From positions 3,972 through 67,971 of the forward strand of contig JAJYWL010000007.1 of assembly GCA_021791545.1 (NCBI GenBank): a stretch of 64,000 nucleotides of DNA, written 5' to 3'. Source of the stretch: a bacterium. GTDB lineage: Bacteria > Patescibacteriota > Microgenomatia > Levybacterales > UBA12049. Each line of letters opens with the position of its first letter. The stretch's first letter is position 1. Positions 56,898 to 64,000 of the stretch are shown here, one piece after another. A program made the position numbers and the translations under genes. The notes below the pieces were generated by a model that was given only the letters and a program-made list of their open reading frames with translations, made no database searches and was not told the origin of the DNA.

Positions 56898-59060
56898 ATG
56901 CAAGAAGAACTTATTTCTATCCAGAAGGCAGCAGATTACTTGGGAGTTTCTACGAAAACCCTTCGAAGATGGGAACAACGCGGCATCTTGGTACCCCAAA
57001 GAACCTCTGGAAACCAAAGAAGATATACTTTTACGGAACTAGAGAATTTTAAAAACGGTCAAGAAGAAAGAAAACATGAAGAAAGAACAGAAGAAGCTTC
57101 CGATGTAATTAATTCTCTTCAGCCTCTGGATACCATTTCTTATATAAAACTTGAAATGAGTAAATTTCCTTTGAGCAAAAAACTTCTTCTTACCTTAGCA
57201 CCTGTAATAATATTATTTTTGGCTTCCGGTATAGTCGTGAAAGACTTAGTATTTAAAGGAATAGGGACCGGAGGGGAAAAGAGCGTAGTAGCACAGAAGC
57301 AGGGTAATGGAAATGCGGTTTTAGGAGCAGAGACGGAATCTAATAACTATATCTTTAAAGTAAACGTTCCTAGCACTTTTGGTGAATCAGCAAGCTTCTT
57401 AAAAGGAATAACGGTTAACGGACAGACTATCTTTGCCGGTGGAATAGATACCAACAATAGGGATGTAAATGCGGGTTCGGGTAAATTGACGGCATCTAAT
57501 GTTATCTATAGTCTTCAAGCTGGTTCCGGACTTTCAGTTACTAACGGACAGACTCCTACAATAGCTAACACAGGAGTGCTTTCCCTTGGTGGTTCTACAG
57601 GAGCGATAGATCTCGGCGCCGGAACAGGAATATCTATAGACGGATTAAAGATTACAAATACGGACACAGGATCTTCTCAATATATATTTAAAAATATTGT
57701 TTCGGGAGGACAGAAAATCACAGCAGATTCGAACTCAGATACTTTAAACTTCACAGCCGGAACAGGTGTTACTCTTTCAACAGATGCATTGACAAAAACT
57801 ATAACTATAGCCTCAAATCAAGGACAACAAACAGGAGTAACTTCTTTGCAGGGTCAGACAGGAGCTTTGACATTAGCTGCTGGAACAGGCCTTTCTTTGG
57901 CAGGTCTTACTTTCTCCAACTCCGGAGTGACCTCTGTAAATACTCTTACAGGAGATCTTAATATTGCAGCAGGATCAAACGTCAGCGTTACAAAAGATGC
58001 TAATACAAATACTGTCACAATATCTTCAACTATATCAAATAATACTATTTCAAATGTCTCTGGTTGGACTCAAAGCGGCAATTATGTAACATTAGCAAAT
58101 TCGGGAAACTACGTAGGCATAGGAACAGCAACTCCGGCAAGTGCTTTACAGGTAGGGGGAGATATTCTTCCTACCCAAAACGGTGTTTCTAATTTAGGTT
58201 CGTCAAATCTTAGTTGGAACAATATATACGCTAATCAAATAGTTGGAACAGGTGCACAGCTTAATCTAACAATTCCTGCAACAAGTTCGGCGACCGGTCT
58301 TTCGGTCTCTATGAGCGGCACGGGGAGCGGACAGCTTGCATCCTTCAGCTTTAATGGAACCCAGGTTTTAGGCGTAGGTACAAACGACGTATATATAGGA
58401 GGAAAGGTAAGTATGATAACAGATGATACAAACCTTTCGAATGCAAAAGATGTTTTTGTTTATGACACTTCAAAAGATTCTGATGCAGGACAATGGGTAA
58501 ATGGTGATACATCTCAATCTTCTTCCTGGTATAACGAACAGTTGGATCATACAGGTCTTGCTTGCCAGATAGGAACGGATAAAAGGTGCGGACAAAGGCC
58601 CTTCCCTCAAAAAGTAACAATATATGTAACCTCGAATTCAGTTTATATCTATGACAATAAAGACAATACGATGTGGATGAAGTTCTCGGAGGGTCAGAAT
58701 TTCGCAATAAACGGAACAAGCGTTAATCTTACTTCAGTTTACGCATTAAATGGAATAATTTTCCTCGGAACAGATACGAACGGATTAATAGAAATAAACT
58801 TCTTAACGGATAAGATTTTTGAATTTAACTATAACCAGGGAAATGGTGGAAGAAGTCAGTTCCTGGGAACAATTTCCGAAAGAAATTCTGCTAAATTCTA
58901 CGGCTCTGTCGAATCTTGGGGAAGGATTGCTTCAGATAAGGTTAATGGAGTATTTGCAAGAGTAATTAACGGAAAAGTGTATGTTGCTGTTTCGACTTTG
59001 GGAGGAGCATCGGTAATAAATCTTTCAGACCAAAAAGTAGTTAAGTACGTCGATAATTAA
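56898..59060 (+). CDS. Membrane-tethered MerR-type HTH protein with a large ectodomain carrying the NVGIGT..P fibre repeat and a C-terminal beta-propeller-like region.
   Basis: N-terminus ISIQKAADYLGVSTKTLRRWEQRGILVPQRTSGNQRRYTFTELENF (MerR/excisionase-type HTH). TM helix LLLTLAPVIILFLASGIVV. Ectodomain GNYVGIGTATPASALQVGG. C-terminus ...IIFLGTDTNGLIEINF. Confidence 0.6.
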   Translation: MQEELISIQKAADYLGVSTKTLRRWEQRGILVPQRTSGNQRRYTFTELENFKNGQEERKHEERTEEASDVINSLQPLDTISYIKLEMSKFPLSKKLLLTLAPVIILFLASGIVVKDLVFKGIGTGGEKSVVAQKQGNGNAVLGAETESNNYIFKVNVPSTFGESASFLKGITVNGQTIFAGGIDTNNRDVNAGSGKLTASNVIYSLQAGSGLSVTNGQTPTIANTGVLSLGGSTGAIDLGAGTGISIDGLKITNTDTGSSQYIFKNIVSGGQKITADSNSDTLNFTAGTGVTLSTDALTKTITIASNQGQQTGVTSLQGQTGALTLAAGTGLSLAGLTFSNSGVTSVNTLTGDLNIAAGSNVSVTKDANTNTVTISSTISNNTISNVSGWTQSGNYVTLANSGNYVGIGTATPASALQVGGDILPTQNGVSNLGSSNLSWNNIYANQIVGTGAQLNLTIPATSSATGLSVSMSGTGSGQLASFSFNGTQVLGVGTNDVYIGGKVSMITDDTNLSNAKDVFVYDTSKDSDAGQWVNGDTSQSSSWYNEQLDHTGLACQIGTDKRCGQRPFPQKVTIYVTSNSVYIYDNKDNTMWMKFSEGQNFAINGTSVNLTSVYALNGIIFLGTDTNGLIEINFLTDKIFEFNYNQGNGGRSQFLGTISERNSAKFYGSVESWGRIASDKVNGVFARVINGKVYVAVSTLGGASVINLSDQKVVKYVDN

Positions 59061-59061
59061 T

Positions 59062-62000
59062 ATGACAAAAAAAGATTTTAAAAAATTTAATTTTAAAGAC
59101 CAAAAATTCTTATTCTTTGGGTTGATTGTTTTATTGGCATTTGTTACTTTTCTTGTTTCGCATAAAAATAATCAGAAAAAAGAAATGTCGGCTCTCGAAA
59201 GCTTCGTTTCAAAGCAAAAATTACCTCAAAAAGATGGGTCAGTAAAGTATTCAATCCAGAAAGAAAAGGGTTATACCTTAAAAACAGCGGAAAAGGGAAA
59301 TGTAGATTCTCCTGTAACTTTTGAGGCAAAGGGTGGATCTGTCTCTTTTACAAGTATTCCCAATCAGACCTTGGGAGGATTAAATACCTCGGTGGTAGAA
59401 GCAAAAGACGGTAAAACGGTTTATAACAATATATATAATGGTATAAACCTTATTTATACCCCTTCTTCAAACGGAATTTTGGAAGAATATGAAGTAAGAG
59501 TCAAAAGGCCTCTCGAAAATATAGTTCAAAAGATAAATGTTTCGGGTCTAACTTATAAACAGCAAAAAGACGGCTCAATACTTTTCTATAACAAAAATAA
59601 TCAGTTTGCATTTGCAATACCAAAACCGGTCATGTACGAAGAGTACAACACGAAAAACAGGAGCTATGGTCTTCATTATGAAATCTTCACTTATGGAGGA
59701 AATACATATCTTGCAAAAGTAATTGATCAGGAAGGGCAACAGTGGCTTTCCAAGACAAACTATCCGGTAATGATAGACGCTACAATTCTTCTTACCCTTT
59801 TTAGTTATCAATCTTACCCGACAACTTCAGTAAACTGGCAGATTTCAATAGATACGGTAGGGTCAGGAGATCTCAAAATTCAACCAACAGATGGCACAAC
59901 TTGGAATGATTTGAGCTTAACTTCAATTACTTGTGGAACCGAAAAAGTTTCATATTCAAATTCAAATGGTGTCATAACAATCCCTAATTACTCTTGTGAT
60001 CAGAATACATTGATTACTACCAAGTTAAAAGATCCGTCAAAGCAATCTTCTCTTTCCTTTAATTGGAGCGGATACGAAACGGTTGTTCAAAACCAGGTAT
60101 ATACGGGAAAACCTGAAATAATTTCTTCGTCTCTAAATCCCGCAGTAGTGAAAGTAGGAGACACGATTACCGTAAAAACAGAAGTAGCTGATTTAAATGG
60201 TGTAAAAAGTGTAAAAGCTGACATGGGTGGTATACAAACAATAGACCTTAGTATGACTTCGGGAACGGCACAGGATGGAGTATGGCAAGGGCAATGGAAA
60301 GTAGAGGGAACAAAGATGCTTCCTTACGAGACAAAAATAACTGCATCAAATGCTTCGGAAAGTACGACATCTTCAATAGGGTTTTTTGATCCTTACACTT
60401 GTCTAGGTGGAGGAGATCATGCAGGTGCAGCTTGGGATCCTGCTACAGATTGTCCTTCCGGGTTTGCGGGAAATCATACAAATATAGGAACAATGTCGAT
60501 AGGAACAGGTGAGACGGCAACAGTTCAGGCTTTTGATCAGGTGTCAAATTATGGAATAGCAACAATATCTGCTTCAACAGTTACTATAACAGGAACTTTA
60601 ACAGCATATGGAAAAGGTTGGCGTGGTGGTACTGCGGGTGGGGGTTCAGGTTTGGGACCAGGATTTGGAGCTGGTTCTACGGGTCATGGTGGAGGAGCAG
60701 GTTACGGAGGAGTAGGAGGAACAGGTAATGGAGCAGGGGGACCTTCTTATGGTTCGTTATCGGCACCAGGCGATTTGGGAAGTGGTGGTGGAGGAGGAGG
60801 ATCTGCAGCCGGAGGAGCAGGGGGAGGATCAATTAGGGTTGTTGCTACTGGAACTCTTACCGTAAATGGAACTATTTCTGCAAACGGAGTAAACGGTGGT
60901 AATGCAAATGGTAATAACGGTGGTGGAGGTTCGGGAGGAAGTATATATCTTACTGCCGGGACTTTAGCTGGAAGCGGTACTGTTACAGCTATTGGAGGAA
61001 ACGGTGTAAACGCTTGGGGAACAAGCGGTAACGCAGGAGGAGGAAGAATAGCAATGTATTACACTAGTGCTAATAATTTTACCGGAACTACACCTGTTAA
61101 TGTAGGAACAGGTGGTCTGGGAGGAGCAAATGGAACTGCTTTTATTGAAAATCCCAACACTAATGATCTTTTAATAGTTTCTAATAATGGAATTTGGGTT
61201 GGAAGCGATTTATCTTCTTGGAATTTTTCAAATCTTACTATTAATGCAAATGTCGCTTTTCAGCCTTCTAATGCTCAACTTTTAACAATTAATGTTTCCG
61301 GAACAACTACTATTGGTTCAGGAGTGACTGTTTCTGCTATGAGTTCTTATACTACCAATTCGAATGGAGTTGGAGTCTATTTTAATTTAAGCGGTAACGT
61401 TACAATACCGGCAACTTCTACTATAACTGCATCTGGTTTGGGTTATGCGGCCGGAGTAGTCGGAGGAACTTCTGGAGCTGGTCCCGGAGCAGGTGGTGGT
61501 TCTGCGGGTGCTGCGGCTGGAGCAGGTTATGGATCAGCGGGAGGAAATGGAAGTGGAGCAGGAGCTACAGGTGGTTCTTTTTATGGTTCGTTGACGGCAC
61601 CTGTTGATTTGGGAAGTGGTGGAGGTGGAGGAGGATCTGCAAACGGAGGTGCAGGTGGAGGAGCAATAAGGATAACTACTCCGGGAACTCTTACTATAAA
61701 TGGAACGATTACATCAAATGGAAATAACGGTGGAGATGCAAATGGAAATAACGGTGGTGGAGGAGCCGGTGGAAGTATTTATCTTACGGCGGGTACTTTA
61801 GCCGGAAACGGTTCTGTTACAGCAAATGGAGGAAATGCGGCAACTAACTGGGGAACTGGCGGTAACGGAGCAGGGGGAAGAATAGCTATATATTATACGA
61901 CTACTAATAGTTATACAGGTTCGACTGCGGTTAATGTGGGAACTGGGGGAGCGGGAGGAGCAAATGGAACTGCTTTTATAAAAGGTTCGAGCGCTGGAGA

Positions 62001-64000
62001 CTTGCTTATTCCTGCAAATAACGGAATTTGGTACGGGAGTGATCTTTCGAATTGGAATTTTCACAATATTACCATTAATGCAAACATTACGTTTAAACCT
62101 AGTGGTGCCAATCTTCTTACAATTAATTCAACCGGGTCGGCAACAATAGCTTCAGGAATTACTATTACAACGGCAGGTTCATATACAAATAATACAAACG
62201 GAGTTGGTGTTTTCTTCAATCTTACGGGAAATGTAACATTGCCTGCTACAAGTACGATAAATGCAGCTTCTCAAGGTTACGCAGCTGGTGCTGCCGGTGG
62301 ATCTTCGGGTTCCGGTCCGGGGGCGGGTATTGGTTATCCAGGCGGTCACGGTGGAGGAGCAGGCTATGGAGGGGCAGGTGGAAATGGTACAGGTGCCGGA
62401 GGAGCCGCTTATGGTTCATTAACTCTTCCAGGAGATTTGGGAAGTGGTGGAGGCGGAGGAGGATCTATAGCCGGAGGAGCCGGAGGAGGAGCAGTAAAGA
62501 TAGTAACTACGGGAACTCTTACTATAAACGGAACGATTACGGCAAACGGAGGAAATGGTGGAAATGCAAATGGTAATAACGGAGGAGGAGGATCTGGAGG
62601 AAGTATATGGTTAACAGCTGGTACTTTGGCAGGAAATGGAACTCTTACGGCAAACGGAGGAAATGGAGTAAATGCCTGGGGGGCAAGCGGTAATGGAGGA
62701 GGAGGAAGAATAGCTATGTACTACATAACAGCTAATAATTTTTCAGGAACAACGACTGCTAATGTAGGAACAGGCGGAAACGGTGGTGCAAATGGTACGA
62801 TTAACAGATCTTCAGATAACATTCCTGCAATAACAAATCTTTCCCAGTATCAAACAGATTGTATTAATTCTTTGGCTGTTGGAGGGACTTTGCAGGGTGA
62901 TAATTCGGGATCGACAGGTTGTTTTAAAGCTAGCCTAAGTACATCAAATATCTCGGACAACTTATACCTTCAGATAGAAGCGCAGCAAATCGGAGGTACA
63001 TTTAGCAATATTTATTCGACTCAAAGCGCGGGATTTGCCTTCTCGGGGTCGCCTCTTACGGCCAATGTCTCGCAAGTAGGTTTCACCCTGGGAGTAGCTT
63101 ATCATTGGCAAGCAAGAGTAGTAGATCAATATGGTTATCCTTCGGCATGGACATCTTTTGGAGGAAATTCCGAGTCGGTTGCGGATTTTGTATCAAATGT
63201 TCCTGCCCCTGCAAATATAACAGCTACATATAATTCCGACAGTCAAATTACAATTACCTGGACTAATACGGCATTAAATGTTGTTCATTTTGAGATACAA
63301 AGAAGTACGAATGGTGGTGCATATACGACAATAGGAACCACAACGGATGGTAATACTTTATCTTTTACCGATAATCCTACTAATAACCCAGGAGCTCCTC
63401 CTTCAGCAAATCATAAATATTCTTATCAGGTAAGATCTAATTTCTCCGGTTATTCTTCTGATTTTGGTACGCCTTCATCTTTGGTATATACAACTCCCGC
63501 AGCTCCTTCAGCAGTTTCTATATCTCAAACAGCAGTAGGTTCTATAACCGTTTCTTGGACAAATAATGCGAATTATCAGACAGCATTTCAGGTTCAAAGA
63601 TCGATAGGAGGAGGATCTTATCAGACAATAACATCCACAGTATCTCCTTCAGCAACTTCATTTGTTGATTCAAATGCTCAACAGGGAACAAGCTATGATT
63701 ACAAGGTTGCAGCATTAAGAACAACCCCAAATGCGCTTACCTCAGCATTTGTACAAGCAGCTTCGCCGGTAACTATATCTAAGGGCTTTGGAAGGGGTAT
63801 TTATCTTACTCAGAACGGTTCACTTGTTATTCAAAATGATGTAAAAAACAGTGTAGATATATTTACAAATATTCAGAATGATACCCAGGATAAAGTAGGA
63901 CAACAGTTTGCATATGACCAGACAAATCCTTCTTCCGGGCCTAACCTTCCCACGGGAAGTACTCTAAACGGATTAACTGTTAAAGAAGGTGTATCTACAG
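59062..64000 (+). CDS. Giant surface protein. Partial (>1,640 aa): the C-terminus runs beyond the window. It has an N-terminal signal anchor, three ~280-aa Gly/Asn-rich beta-helix-like tandem repeats, and FN3 domains.
   Basis: Manual translation from the ATG at 59062 (MTKKDFKKFNFKDQKFLFFGLIVLLAFVTFLVS...) stays open to 64000. It is absent from the ORF track because there is no in-window stop. Repeat unit: ...GGGGGSAAGGAGGGSIRVVATGTLTVNGTISANG.NGGNANGNNGGGGSGGSIYLTAGTLAG.GTVTA.GGNG.NAWG.SGN.GGGRIAMYYT.... FN3-like: ITATYNSDSQITITWTN...FEIQRSTNGGAYTTIG. Confidence 0.7.
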   Translation, partial: MTKKDFKKFNFKDQKFLFFGLIVLLAFVTFLVSHKNNQKKEMSALESFVSKQKLPQKDGSVKYSIQKEKGYTLKTAEKGNVDSPVTFEAKGGSVSFTSIPNQTLGGLNTSVVEAKDGKTVYNNIYNGINLIYTPSSNGILEEYEVRVKRPLENIVQKINVSGLTYKQQKDGSILFYNKNNQFAFAIPKPVMYEEYNTKNRSYGLHYEIFTYGGNTYLAKVIDQEGQQWLSKTNYPVMIDATILLTLFSYQSYPTTSVNWQISIDTVGSGDLKIQPTDGTTWNDLSLTSITCGTEKVSYSNSNGVITIPNYSCDQNTLITTKLKDPSKQSSLSFNWSGYETVVQNQVYTGKPEIISSSLNPAVVKVGDTITVKTEVADLNGVKSVKADMGGIQTIDLSMTSGTAQDGVWQGQWKVEGTKMLPYETKITASNASESTTSSIGFFDPYTCLGGGDHAGAAWDPATDCPSGFAGNHTNIGTMSIGTGETATVQAFDQVSNYGIATISASTVTITGTLTAYGKGWRGGTAGGGSGLGPGFGAGSTGHGGGAGYGGVGGTGNGAGGPSYGSLSAPGDLGSGGGGGGSAAGGAGGGSIRVVATGTLTVNGTISANGVNGGNANGNNGGGGSGGSIYLTAGTLAGSGTVTAIGGNGVNAWGTSGNAGGGRIAMYYTSANNFTGTTPVNVGTGGLGGANGTAFIENPNTNDLLIVSNNGIWVGSDLSSWNFSNLTINANVAFQPSNAQLLTINVSGTTTIGSGVTVSAMSSYTTNSNGVGVYFNLSGNVTIPATSTITASGLGYAAGVVGGTSGAGPGAGGGSAGAAAGAGYGSAGGNGSGAGATGGSFYGSLTAPVDLGSGGGGGGSANGGAGGGAIRITTPGTLTINGTITSNGNNGGDANGNNGGGGAGGSIYLTAGTLAGNGSVTANGGNAATNWGTGGNGAGGRIAIYYTTTNSYTGSTAVNVGTGGAGGANGTAFIKGSSAGDLLIPANNGIWYGSDLSNWNFHNITINANITFKPSGANLLTINSTGSATIASGITITTAGSYTNNTNGVGVFFNLTGNVTLPATSTINAASQGYAAGAAGGSSGSGPGAGIGYPGGHGGGAGYGGAGGNGTGAGGAAYGSLTLPGDLGSGGGGGGSIAGGAGGGAVKIVTTGTLTINGTITANGGNGGNANGNNGGGGSGGSIWLTAGTLAGNGTLTANGGNGVNAWGASGNGGGGRIAMYYITANNFSGTTTANVGTGGNGGANGTINRSSDNIPAITNLSQYQTDCINSLAVGGTLQGDNSGSTGCFKASLSTSNISDNLYLQIEAQQIGGTFSNIYSTQSAGFAFSGSPLTANVSQVGFTLGVAYHWQARVVDQYGYPSAWTSFGGNSESVADFVSNVPAPANITATYNSDSQITITWTNTALNVVHFEIQRSTNGGAYTTIGTTTDGNTLSFTDNPTNNPGAPPSANHKYSYQVRSNFSGYSSDFGTPSSLVYTTPAAPSAVSISQTAVGSITVSWTNNANYQTAFQVQRSIGGGSYQTITSTVSPSATSFVDSNAQQGTSYDYKVAALRTTPNALTSAFVQAASPVTISKGFGRGIYLTQNGSLVIQNDVKNSVDIFTNIQNDTQDKVGQQFAYDQTNPSSGPNLPTGSTLNGLTVKEGVST
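60590..62800 (+). repeat. Three tandem ~830-840 bp in-frame repeats inside the 59062 gene.
   Basis: Highly similar DNA blocks begin near 60670, 61500 and 62330. Example: ggaagtggtgg.gg.ggaggatctgca...ggagga.caat.agg.t..t.ctac.ggaactcttac. Confidence 0.7.

Noticed and set aside
56842-57042. 66-aa ORF overlapping the start of the HTH-TM-fibre gene.
   Set aside because: Different frame overlapping a well-supported HTH N-terminus.

Overview
Low-GC (~37-38%), gene-dense bacterial window with a Candidate Phyla Radiation (Patescibacteria)-like character: split ComEC, Rho with a long N-terminal extension, many giant cell-surface proteins and a sortase. Housekeeping genes are clear: rho, leuS, argS, ndk, mreB, the F1Fo ATP synthase F1/stator genes, comEA/comEC, an M16 peptidase, a VKOR/DsbA pair, a two-component system and a WecG/TagA glycosyltransferase. 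Four tRNA genes were found by hand: Ala-CGC, Ala-GGC, Pro-CGG and Arg-CCT. The accessory content is dominated by cell-envelope systems. (1) An 11.8-kb gene encodes a 3,934-aa protein whose cytoplasmic N-terminus carries two tandem phage-integrase core-binding (SAM-like) domains, followed by one TM helix and a huge repeat-rich ectodomain. It sits directly upstream of an O-antigen-ligase-like/TPR membrane protein. (2) A second protein (56898-59060) has the same logic: MerR-type HTH, TM helix, and an ectodomain sharing the NVGIGT..P fibre repeat. It is followed by a third giant ORF (>1,640 aa, runs off the window) with three ~280-aa glycine-rich tandem repeats and FN3 domains. (3) A five-gene minus-strand operon (21391-26255) contains a duplicated two-gene module: a secreted subunit with a conserved C-terminal strand plus a DUF916-like protein anchored by a C-terminal TM helix. 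(4) Two paralogous HTH/LAGLIDADG-like endonuclease-like genes each sit between a minus-strand and a plus-strand tRNA gene, with near-consensus promoters and leaderless starts. (5) A compact cassette (38090-40589) pairs a thymidylate-synthase-fold protein with a P-loop kinase, a CYTH-like protein and a DNPH1/nucleoside-deoxyribosyltransferase-like protein. (6) The ATP synthase operon lacks recognisable a and c subunits; in their place is a gene for a protein with a signal peptide, an ectodomain and a C-terminal hairpin. Note: the sequence display has a 50-nt line at 51001, and line labels and ORF-track coordinates disagree by 10 nt around 50755-51060. ORF-track coordinates were used there; tRNA and other manual coordinates lie in regions where labels and track agree.
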